A stretch of 64,000 bases of DNA from Vicugna vicugna (taxonomy: Eukaryota): contig MU058636.1 in the NCBI GenBank assembly GCA_013265495.1, forward strand, positions 1,798,001-1,862,000, written 5' to 3'. This document shows, piece after piece, positions 1 to 12,720 of the stretch. The position numbers and the translations under genes were made by a program. Position 1 is the first letter of the stretch. Each line of letters begins with the position of its first letter. The notes under the pieces were generated by a model that searched no databases, was not told the origin of the DNA, and saw only the letters and a list, made by a program, of their open reading frames with translations.

Positions 1-1609
1 CGTGGGATCTCAGTGAGGACTGACATCTGTAAAGTACTCGAAACAGTGCCTGGCTCCACGTGTCTGCCGTTATTATCACTCCACGCCTCGGGTATACCTT
101 ATGGAGGAGTATTACTGTTTTCATTTTACAGTAAGGACAGAGGTCTTGTGGAGCTACATGACTTGCCAGGGGACACAGCTTGTACAGGGCAGATTTGGAA
201 GACAGGTATAAGCAGCTCCTAAGACCTCTGTCATACACCAAGGCCAAGACATCTTTCTACTACTGAGTTTTTGTCACTCAAAGAGATTGCAGACAGGCAC
301 ACAGTAAAGGCTATATATGTGTTGGATCACTAAATATTATTGAAAATATTCCTTCTTCTAACCAATAAATCATGTGAAATGCAGGTTGGTTCACGAAGGC
401 GGCAGGAGTAACCCTAAAGTGAGGGGAAAGGCTTTTTTGGGCTCCAGCAGGAATCTGGAGGTAAGGAAAGGTTCCCAGGAGAACAAAGGATTAGTCACAG
501 GAAACGGTGGTGGAGGGGGTGCGAAGAAAGGGAAATCTCAATGGAAACAAGAAGCTGGTTATCCAGGACTGCGATGAGAAGGGAAGCGATGAGGCCCGGG
601 GTTTCTAGCCACTGCGTATCTGGATGACAGAACAGAGCCACAGGGATGAGCCGAGGGCTGCAAGGGTGGCCGCGGGGGTGCTGGAGGAGGGGCACACTTA
701 GATCCTTTGGAGTCTCAACTTCCGTTCACACTTTTCCTTTCAGCTGCAAAGTAAACTGAGGGCCTCAGAAAGATTAAACAAAAACAGGAGGAAAGGGCTG
801 GTGTCTTGGAGGGTGGGGGTCCACTCCCGGGGAGAAAGCACTAAACCCAGTCCTGGGGTGCAGTCTCCTATATTGCCCCTTCCACATTTCTCTTATGGTA
901 GAAAGAGCCAGTGAGGTAGAGGACAAGACAATTATCCAATTAAATTAGATTCTTAGGCTGTATTTATCTATATGACTGGGAGGAGTGCTTAACTATCTGG
1001 AAAATAATTTCAACTCTCCACTTATTTCTGCTTGATTTTTTTTTCCCCTAGGAATCAATGGCAAGCCTTTGATTCAAAGTCTGAGGTCCTTTTTCCTGAA
1101 TGAGTTAGATCTTTCCTGGCCCCTGTCAGACCTGGATACCAGACTCTAAGGAAATCCCAGAGTAGGAAGGAAGGATTCCCTGGGGGAATAAAAACCGCCT
1201 GCATGTAAGTGCCCCTGAAAGGAAAGGTAACCTACGAAAATTCAAAGCACATTATGGAAAAAAATTCTCATTATTTACATCACATCATTCGCTTTACTGC
1301 TTCAACCCAGAGTATAATTTAATTTTGAGAGCAAATTAATTATAAAAAATATATACTCTAATAAACTAAGCTCCACACAAATTCACCACAAACACATCCA
1401 TGGAGTTAAGTGATGTTCATGTACTGTTTTCCTTTAATGGGATACAATGGCTTAAAAATTCTTACTGCCAAGCCAAATTCAGCCCTTGGCATGCTTGGGA
1501 AACCACCAAGGCAGACTCAGCCATTTACCAAAAACAAGGTAATTCTGTGTTTTCCAGGTACAAACTGCATCTCGGGAAGGGAAGGGGGAAGAGGGCAGGC
1601 CAGGGCCTC

Positions 1610-1760
1610 CAATATCAGCGAGGGCCATCAGGACGTCCCGCTAATAAACGACTTTTTCACTGTCCACACTATAATTGGTTTACAGCCTTTTTTGTTTGTT
1701 TATCCATAAGAGCTGCTGTTAAATGGCTCGGCAAGGCGCTCGCCTAATGGCTCGGTATCG
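1610..1760. promoter_or_regulatory. PDX1 upstream conserved enhancer Area I (approximate limits)
   Basis: About 2.6 kb upstream of the PDX1 ATG. Contains TAATAAACG, TAATTGGTTTAC, the FOXA motif TGTTTGTTTATCC and CTAATG. Order and content match my recollection of mammalian Pdx1 Area I. Confidence 0.7.
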
Positions 1761-2199
1761 CTCCCGGGCCTGTGGGAGGCGAGAGGGGCGCAGGCGTCAG
1801 CGGGGATTCAGAGCGGAAACGCATTTCACCTGTAATGGACTTGGCGCTTTTATGATACCCTGAGCTACATCCACAGAAGAAACACAACCCACGATCTTGC
1901 CCAGTGGCAGGTTCTGCTGGGTGCGTCTTTTATATGTATATACAATATAATTAGCCAATCCAAAAATCCTGTTACCTTTGTCCCACCTAATAGCAGTAAC
2001 AAATGGCTGTTTGACTTTAGCTTCCTGGGTCGCTCCTTTAGGTAGCCAGCAGCTACTAATAAGCTACTGTGAGGGTGGGAGGGCCTAGGGGAAACACCTT
2101 CAGTGCCCCTCGCCCCCGCGTGCCCCCCATTTTTTTTGTTGTTGTTGTTCAGCTGGGGGTCCCCGGATTTTTCCAGCGAGAGCCCAGGCGGATTCGCTT

Positions 2200-2330
2200 T
2201 CTGCTGAGCGCCTCTTTTCTTTCTGCAGGGCCGAGCAAAAATATTAAATGGGAGCAAATGAAGCATCGAAATGGAGACCAATTTACGAAACACGCAATTA
2301 GACCAGAAGTGCAAAGCAAACACTCTGGGT
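2200..2330. promoter_or_regulatory. PDX1 upstream conserved enhancer Area II (approximate limits)
   Basis: CTGCAGGGCCGAGCAAAAATATTAAATGG...GCAATTAG...AAGTGCAAAGCAAACA, ending in a FOXA site. Position and motifs fit the mammal-specific Area II. Confidence 0.7.
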
Positions 2331-2369
2331 CGGGGTGGGGGGCGAGAGAAGGAGAAGAAAGAGGAGGAG

Positions 2370-2700
2370 GGGAAAGGTGGCCGATCTTTGTCCTGAGCGG
2401 AGCTGCCGCCCGCTCATAACCGGGTCGCCAAGTCAACCCGTGGCGACTCGGCAGATTATCTCAGAGGGTCAACACGCCGCGGCCGGGCAACCCCCTCTGG
2501 CCCTGCCCTTATGATCGATGTGGTCACTCGCGGCCGGGTGATAACGCCGGGTCCTCCGCGGACGCCGCGAACAATGGACTCATTGACGCGGGCGCAGAGA
2601 GATTAGGTGCGCTGGTCCCACAGTCTTTTGCTCCCTTGCCCCATGGGACTGCAGGTGGCCCTTTTCCCTGAAGAAATCGCCGAAACTCCCCCACCAACCA
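2370..2700. promoter_or_regulatory. PDX1 upstream conserved enhancer Area III with PTF1-type E-box + TC-box
   Basis: CpG-rich block with GATA-like motifs (GATTATCT, TGATAA), SOX AACAATGG, and E-box CAGGTG (2652-2657) followed by TTTCCC (2663-2668), the bipartite PTF1A/RBPJ site. Confidence 0.7.
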
Positions 2701-4019
2701 GCCTCTCTCAGTCTGCCCTTGGGGGAGACCCGTTGCTCGGACGAGCCCCAGAGCAACACGCGTTCTCACCCTCGTGCGGACCATCCGGACCACCCGATGC
2801 CCAGCGCTCATCCGATCACTGATGTTAACACGCCACCAGCATCTCAAAGAAGGAATCTGCAGAGAAGTCCAGACTCCCAACGGGCTTCCGCTTTCTAATG
2901 AAAATGAGGCGTATTTCAAAGTAGCACACTCAATCCTTACGCATACGGATGTTTCCATCAGGAGAAAATACATTAAAAAGCTGCCTCCTAAAGGGCTGCT
3001 AGTAGTCTGTAGTTTAGGAAAGTCAGTGCAGTGATTCTTCTCTTGTTGGCTCCTTGTGGTTCACGCTCCCTCTAAGGCTTTCCTGCAAAGGTGTGCAGTT
3101 TTTCTAAAACCTTCGTGGCGGTTCTTGGATTGTGGTCATTTGGACAGGATGCTCAGGGCAAACCGGTCGGCGGCGAAGGTCATGCCAGGGGTTAGGTGCC
3201 ACCGCGACCCGGAGGTACTCTGTCTGCACCATTGGGTCCGAAAAAATCTATTTAGTGAGGACCCCAGAGTGCTCAGAAGTTACCGAACCAGTGGAAGCCA
3301 AACACTGACTTGTCATCAGAACACTGCGCTTTAACTTCTTTTTTGAACACTCTCCTCCTCTCCCTGTCCTGCCTTGTTTCAGTCGGACGCAGGAGTAGAC
3401 TTCTGCAGCTGACGTCTCCGCAGAAGTCTCAGGGTCCTCAGGGAGCCGTCTAGGCTCTGGAACCCAACCCCCGCCCCCGCCTCTCAGCCACAGAGGGGAC
3501 GCCACTTCTTTTCCCCGTTGCCACATTATGAAACTGCATTCTGAGTTGGCCAAATAAGCCCCAATTTCCCCAAAATCAGAATTAATGACTTTCTATTTGA
3601 AGAAGAAATTTAAAAGCCACTGTGAATGCTTCTGAAGTTATAGTTTGCACTCCAGAAATCCCCGGAGCACAGCCACAGACAAAAACATACTAGGAATGCT
3701 GGATCTTCATGTGTTAGATCACTGACATCACTCGTGGTTGTGTACAAATCTCATAAATAAAATAGAACCAGCTGCTTCCGACCCGTAGACCTGGGGTCTG
3801 CAAACTTTTTTGACCGTATTCCCTAACAGTTTAAAAAAAATACTTAAGTGTACAACCTCAACATATGTATATTTATAATTTATATTAATGAACTATGTAC
3901 GTCATCAAACATACAAGGAAAATAGATCAAAGTACTATGAAAATGTTTCTGTAAATGAACTAAGGTCTATTATTTTCATGTGTGCCTTACTCTGGAGAGT
4001 ACTGCCAACTACACATACA

Positions 4020-4875
<856 letters not shown>

Positions 4876-7689
4876 TAACAAGGCTATCCTAAACAAAAGA
4901 GCTTCTCCGGTCCAATTTGGAGCATCTTCTCCAGTGGAAAGCTCCTCCTGGGAGCTTAAATCCCGTCCTTCCCTATACCCTGAAGTCCAGGAGCCCACGC
5001 GCTCCCTGCCAGCCTAGGCCTGGCAGAGCTCAAGGCTCCAATCCTCCTCCAGCAAGGGGTCCACCCGCCCAGGGCTCCCGGCAGTGCACGTTGAAGGAGT
5101 TGAGCAGGGCTTCGGGATGCTGCCGACCCGGCCTGAGCCCACCTTCAGAGCCCTGGGATCCTTCTCGCCTTGAGCCCGCTCCCCGGAGGCTTCATTAAAG
5201 AAAGCCAGGCCATCTCAAGGGCACCGAGTAGGTGCACCCAAGCTTCCCAAGTTGTCCAGCTGCCTCGTCTGGGTTAGGGGTGAGGTGGGGGGCTCACCGC
5301 AAGGCCGAGGATGACCACTCACCCTCGTAGCCAGGCAGCTGAGAGAGGCGACTGCGATGCTAGTTCATTTTTGAGCAAACAGAAGTGTTTGAAGGGCTCT
5401 CCTCGCGCTGCTCCCAGCGAGTCGGTTTGCGGAAGGAGATGCTCTCCTTACAAAGAGAAGGGGCCCGGGGCTCAGGGAGGCCTCAAGGCGCCGGCGTGTA
5501 ACGGAAGGTCTCCCCGGACGGGGCGCCGGAGGGGGCTCCCAGGTCCCTCCCCTGCCCCAGCGGGTGACGAGTTCCGGCGCGGCCGGTGTCACCACTACAC
5601 AGTGTTATCGCTTCCGTGCCGAAGCCGCTTCCAGTCGCACCTGCCCTGCAAATAGTTGACTTTTCTTTTCCTTCCAACTAACTGTCGGGACTCAGAGGAA
5701 GAGGCTGGAGCTGCCAGCCCCCCGCTCCTCATCCTCGCCACCCCAAGAGTCCTCGGCCCTGGTCTGCCAGGTCTGGCTGGCTTGCCTGACACTGACCCTG
5801 ACACGGCAGGACTTTGGAGGGGGGATCTGGGCTCACCCAGGATCCCCGGGGCCCGGCTTTCCTCACTCTCAACGGCTGTGTGGGGACCGGGCAGGTCCTG
5901 AGGCAGGACAGGGCCCAACTCGGCTGCGTTCTCCTCCACTTCCGGCGAAACCCCGGGAGAAACGGGGCCAGATGCTGTGAGGCCCTCTTACCCTGCCTGC
6001 GCACTGCCGCCAAAGTTAATACGGGATTCTTGGGAGGCGGGAGGACAGCGCCCCTCGATTAGGGCAGCGGGACTCTCAGTCTGTAGTTTCCTATGGGAGC
6101 TGCTTCCCTCCAGGTCTCCCTTCCAGCTGTGTACTGGGGGCCAGGGTTCCCGAATTCCTGGCTCTCCTCACAGCTTCCTCAGGAAAAAGGCATGCAGGTT
6201 CTGAAAGAGCCTTTCCGAGGTGGGACAACTTCCCCACCCCCGCGGGTGTTACCCCTGCTCTGATGGAGCTTGGGCTCGGGCAGACCGAAGGAGCCAGAAA
6301 GAAAAACCCGAAGGAAAATCATCAACCTTGGAGCAGATGGGAGGGACCCTGGAAGGGTGACTTCTTGGGGCTGGAGAGCTGGGACCAGAGAGGCGGTTGT
6401 AACCCCTCTGACCCACTGCATGCTCAGCTCGTGGCGGGGGGGGCACCCTGGCAGCTGTCTGCTGCATGCTGCGGTGCTTGCGGTCCTCCCTGGGGACTTT
6501 GGAAGGAGCCGAACTTCAAGGTCTGAACCGCCTGCCGCTCCTAGTGAGGTTTCATGCCCCTGGGGAGAACGAGATGACCAAGGGGCTTCCATTCATAGCA
6601 GGGATATGAATACTAGTAATAGGGACTTTCAAAATTGTCAGCCTAAAAAAATGAACTGCACCAGCCTCATTGGCCGGCTGGTGCCTAAACGCCTCCCTCT
6701 GCGCCCCAGAGAAAGTGCAGCCCCAGGGCCCTTGACATCCTCCCAACACCATCAACAACAGCCTCCATCCTCAACCTGTGTTCCCTGCCAACTGGGCACA
6801 GGACCCCTGGGCTACTGGACCGAGGGCAGCCTCTCAGAGAACCTCGGTGAGGCCCGCGAAAAAGGGCCAAAGCCTTTTGTGGGTTGAATTTACAAAGTTT
6901 GGGGGACCTTTTAAATGTTCTTTTAAGGCTCCCTCGCTTCTCTCCCAAGCCAAGGAAGGCTTGGAAGTGTTAAGACTCTGAGAAGCCCCCCCAGAGAGCA
7001 GGACTCCGCGGACTGGGGCCTGAGCCTCTGCCTTGGCGCCTGGCTGGCTCCTTTCCGCTTGGGGAGAAACCGGAGCGGGTTGTATCCAGTAACTAACCCT
7101 CCCCCCCAAAACACACACACTAGCTTTTCAACTCTAGCCAACAGTCACGGGAGAAATGTCGCATACATTTGCTCTACAACAAGCCGACTCAGGCCTCTTC
7201 CCCATCTTTGGTGGCCCCTTACCGCCCCAGCGTCCACAGCCCGGTGCCGCCGGTATTCCGCTCAGGAAAAGATCGGGACCTGGAGGCGCGCAGCCGCAAA
7301 CACTGGGCTTGCGGCGCTGGTCTACCAAGCCAGGTGGCTGCTGCTTCCGCACGAACCGGGCTTGGGGCTCCTCTGCCACCCCCCAGTACCGCGGCCACCG
7401 GCGGGGCTCTCAGCTCCCCAGTGGGAGATCCAGGCTTCCCCCAGCCTCCCTTTCCACCTCTGCCAGCATTTGGGGCCCAGACGCAGAGGCTGGGGCTGAC
7501 AGCGATCTTCTCCAGAGCTCAGAACAGTTTCCCTTCTCGCCCTGGGCAGGGGCTCAGCAGAGGGTAGAATGACAATTACAGAGGATTTACCAGCTCTTGA
7601 GTTGGGTCTGATTACAATATAACAATATATAGAGATAATATATAGGTCAGATATAACAGTATGTCATAACCTCGGGAGTTTTATTAGCT

Positions 7690-7912
7690 CAAGGTTTTTC
7701 AAACTGAGGGTTGCACCCATTGGTCATGAAATCAATTAACTGGGTTGAGACCATTTTTTTAAACGAAATAGTAACGTAGGAAAAACTAGATAGCATCATA
7801 TGTGGTAAAGTTTAGTTTAATGTCCTGAATTTTTTGTACCAGTTACATATTGGTGTGTGAACTGGGAGATGATCTGAAATCTGTTTTACCCAGGGTCATC
7901 TCAGAAAGTTTC
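7690..7912. mobile_element. Non-autonomous hAT-Charlie-like DNA transposon fragment in PDX1 intron
   Basis: Begins CAAGGTTTTTCAAACTG and resembles the TIR-bounded element at 18118-18353 (shared GGTTGCA-CCCATT...ATGAA-TCA-TT-A-TGGGTTG). Confidence 0.5.
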
Positions 7913-8128
7913 TTTTTTTAGTCCCGTATGAAAGGCATTTTTGCCTTTGCAGAATCCAGTCGGTTTAGATATTATGTGCATTTTAATCAATGTCAACCCA
8001 AAATATTAAGTGAACTCATTCTAGAACCACTGGTTGACAGAGCCCGCACAGCTTCAGTCTTCAGGAAAAAGCAGTCTTACTAGGAAAGGGCTGCGTGCCC
8101 CAGACCGGGCTCTTGGATTGGGGGCTGA

Positions 8129-8710
<582 letters not shown>

Positions 8711-9783
8711 GAGATGGGGCTCCTCCCGCCAGGTGGCTTCGACCCCTCGCAAAGGAGGGAGGAGCGGAGCTAGGACCCCGGGTGTGGACCATCGGTCCTG
8801 GTCCTTCGATGGGGCAGGAGCTGAGGGACGCACCGCAGACTGGAGGGGATAACCCGCGCCGCGAGGCGCCTGTGTCTACTGGGGCGCGTAGCTGCCCTAC
8901 CTTCTGGAAGGAGAAGAGACATTTTCTGTAATATCTGGGGCCTCTTCTGGTGACGTTGTTGGATTGACGTCTGCTGCCTGTTGCACAGGTCCCAGCACTC
9001 CAGAACCGTGGACTTCTTTAGAGAAAACAACTCTTCAAAAGACAGCAGAAACTATACAAACTGCAATACTCCCCAACACGGCAGGCAAGCTGGATAGAGC
9101 GCCTTAACTTTCCTGGAAACAGAGCCATTTTCACTCCAGCCTCCACTTTAACGTTTAGAAATAATTGAAAGGAAATGTCAGAGGTTTCAAAGACCTAGTA
9201 AAATCAACGCCTGTGGACTAGAATAATCCTTCCTCTTTTTAAAATCCGTTTAGCATAGTCACATACTTCACCCCCATCCCTCAACCTCCACCTCCTTCCT
9301 CTGGAGAAGGGAACATCTCGCAAGGGTGGCTGGGCAGCGGCAGGGCTAGGGTGTAGGGGCAATGCCTGAGTCCCTGTACACCCCAACGTTTCAATACTTC
9401 CGAGAGGGCTAAGGGAGATGCACCTGGAGCAAAGGTTTTGGGTAAGAAAGGCAGCCCCTGAGCAATCACTAAACTGAAGATACGTGGAGCTTTCTATTCA
9501 GGATGTGGATTTAGTGCCTGGTCCCGGGGCAGAGAAGAGTATGTGGGAGGCAAGTAGGGTGACCTGACCCACCCTGGACATTAGTCACAGGGCCAGTATG
9601 ACTTCCACATCCTTAGAAATGACAAAAAGGTTTGTGTGTAGGGAGTGTGGGTGGAAATAGTTACTTTTACTTAAAGTTTTAAAATTACCTAACAGTTCTT
9701 TACAAACAGGTCGGTGGTTTCCAGGTCAGTTGCTTGTTTCAGAGTCCGGGACTTGATTCAGGTGATGTGTATGAGAAATGTTT

Positions 9784-9789
9784 AATAAA
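9784..9789 (+). terminator. PDX1: Candidate PDX1 polyadenylation signal AATAAA
   Basis: First canonical AATAAA I found after the stop codon (about 1.07 kb 3' UTR). Cleavage site not verifiable. Confidence 0.45.
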
Positions 9790-10619
9790 TATAGGTAACA
9801 TGGAAAGAGATAAAATTTGATTCCTCTCGCTTGTAGCAAACTCTTCTTAGGGTGCAATGATTCCAATTCATTTTCTAAAAATTAAAGCAGTATTTTTGGG
9901 GGGTACTAACCAGGGAAAACCTGGTAATTAAGACACCATGCTTGGGTTTTGGGTTGGGGCACCATATGAGCAATTTTGGGGTGAATTTTGGGCTTTGTTT
10001 TGTTTTATTTTAAAGTCACTTCTGAAGATGAATTTCTTGGGCAATACAGGCCAGAGGCACCAGGGGTTTGGAGTGTCACTGGCTGTCACAGAACAGGTGC
10101 AGAGCCAAAAGCTGCCGGCCTGCACAAACCGGGGCAGGTGGTGACTCGAAGACCAGGGCCCTGCCACGTCTCTTCTTTCCTCCCAAATTGGCAGTCCTGG
10201 GTGAGACGTTTTCCTGTGGTTCTTCCAAAGGAGATGTTGCTTTGGGTGTCTCCACTCCTGGAGCCCGAGGGTCAAGACTGTCTTGTGTTAGGGCCAACAG
10301 GCTCTGACTTAGTGGGTTTTCAACCCCCGGGCCACCCTGCTGCTCCATGCAGCTCTCGGACCGGGGTCATAGCCCCTCTGGGTAGCACCTCCTAAGCGCT
10401 CTAACCAGTTTCCGGACATCTGCTGAATCCCAAGAGTCGCTTATATTAATTTTTTTTGAACGAGACAAGAAGTTTTTGTTTTGTTGTTGGGTTTTGCTTT
10501 TACTTTTTGAGAAAGAGAGAAATCGAAGGTTCTGTGGATCAGAAGGATCTCATCCATTACGTCTCACAAGGAAGAAGGGGCCATTCCCTCACAGCCTCTC
10601 CACACCCGCCTGGGCTCTG

Positions 10620-10830
10620 GAGTCTAGCAAATCTGCTTTTGAACCCCGGGTCCTTCAAATACTGGCCCACGACCCTGATAAAACTACTCAACTTCCCAGT
10701 GTCTCGGTTTCCTCATCTGTAAAGTGGAGCTGAATATTACCCGATCAAGTGGTGCGGTTTAAACCAAAGAATACGCGTAAAGCGCTTAATTCAGTGTCTA
10801 GAATCCATCCGCAAATATCAGCTATTGTTT
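10620..10830 (+). mobile_element. MIR SINE
   Basis: MIR core TCTCGGTTTCCTCATCTGTAAAGTGG and 3' part GTAAAGCGCTTA...CAGTGTCT. Confidence 0.7.
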
Positions 10831-11099
10831 TATGATCATCATCATTTTCAGAAGCCGCTGGGGAACTGCGGCTGCCGAGATTTTCCGGGTCTCCTTTGAC
10901 AAATCCCCCTCACCCGTGACCTCCGCCGTCGCTGTGCCTCTTGTTCACACAACGACTGATCTTTCTTGAGCAAGTCCTAGTTTTACTACCCCATTCCCCA
11001 TAAATTAAGTCCTCTGACTTCCCACAGCACCCTGCACCAGGTGAGGCTGTCTTCATCTTACTGAAGGGAAGCTGATGCTGGAGTGGAGGGACGACCTGC

Positions 11100-12720
11100 T
11101 GGAGCTCCGCCACCCAGCTGGCCGAGGTGCGGAGACTCGTCCTCGGAGAACAAGGAGGTCTTCGGGGCTCCACGGGGAAGCAGCCGCCCCTTCCGAGGCT
11201 CCCGAGCCAACCGCGCGCCGCGGCCTCTCCGCGGGGTCTCGAGGGTTCCGGGGTTCGCCGACCCGAGGAGAAGCGGCGCGCGGCGCCCGGCGCCGGGCTT
11301 GGCGGCGGAGGGCGCGGTCCTACTCTGGGCCGCGCGCCGCCTCCAGCTGAGCGTGCTGCGATCGCCGAGCTGGGCGCAAAGCGCGCCTGGGCCGCGGTCC
11401 GGGGCTTGGGGACGGTACCGCCGCGCACACGAGGCCCGGCTTTCAGTCGCGCCTCCCTGGGCTTTAACTAACTTTTAACTACGCCTCCCTGACCCGCCTC
11501 CCGCCCTTAACTACGCGGGCCCTGGAGTAAATCCCTGAATTCTCCATAAAATGAGCTCAAAACGAGGATGGAATGAGACTATGTCCTTCGAGAGTTTACT
11601 ACCGGGCCTGGGGCGTAGTAGCCAGGACACGTGGTGGGTGGGGGTGGCGGAGGCGAGGTGGTGCTGCCAACCGAGGCCGGCCTTCCTGGGAGGCCCAGGG
11701 AGGCGGCGGAGAGCGAAGCCAAGTGGGCCTGGAAGGGAGGAAGGGGGCGGCCGTGCTCGGGCCGGGAGCCAAGCGGGGCCCCACCCGAGCGGCAGAAGCG
11801 TGGCGCAGCCCGTGATCCCGAACCCTCCGGCCGCAGGGTCCAGGTCTGGCCCACAGGGCAACCCGAGTGAGGCCGGACCTGCGCGTCTCCAAGCCAGCGC
11901 CGCCACCCTCGGCAGACTAGCGGGCGGCCGCGAACCGGGCGGAGGAGAGCAGGCGCTCGGCGCTCCCAGCTGAACCCACGCGCGCAGTCCAGGCTCCCGA
12001 GTGACGAGGCCTGAACCATTAGACCGCCCTGGAGCCCGAAAAACGTCAGCTAGCCGGGCCTGGGGCAAGGCCTCCTTCTGCCAGTCAAGCGATGTCCAGG
12101 TGTCAAAACCCCAGAGGTGACCGCGGCACCTACCTCCCGGTGGGGCTGGCAGCCTCCCTCAGCTCTTCAGGCCGGCGCGCTCCTCAGGCCGGCGCGCTCC
12201 TCACGCGGAGTGAACAGAGCGCGGCGGCCCTCGAACGCCGGGGAAAGCGTCCTCGGCGCGGAGGGAGACCAGGGTTCCGGCCGACGCCGTGCGCAGTCCG
12301 CCCGCGAGCGCGCGCCGCCCCGAGCGCCCCGCGTCCCAGGCTCGCCGCCCGCGCCTCCGCCGCCCCCACCCCCACTCCCCAGAGGTCATCCACGCTGGAC
12401 CACAAGCCCCACCATTCCTCCTGGAATCTTCCATCCTCCGTGAGGGACGTTTGTGCCGCGCCACCGGGCGCTGCTGGCGCGCCCAGATGAGGCGGAGCGC
12501 TCCCCGCGCGCTGACGGCCGAAGCACCGTCCTGGCTCAGCCAAAGCCGCGGTCCCGGGATTTGGAAGAGCCCACGTGGGCTCCTCGCCACGCACATCCTC
12601 ACGCAGATGCCGCCGAGAGCTGGGGCCGGGATGCGGAACCCGGGAGAGCGCGCCGCTGTGCGGCCGGGGGCCTCCTGGTGCAGAGCATCGTGTTACACAG
12701 TGCCACGAACAGTGCGCGGC
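11100..12720. other. Intergenic CpG island downstream of PDX1
   Basis: Very GC- and CpG-rich. Only low-complexity Arg/Pro/Gly/Ala ORFs in all frames. Confidence 0.75.
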
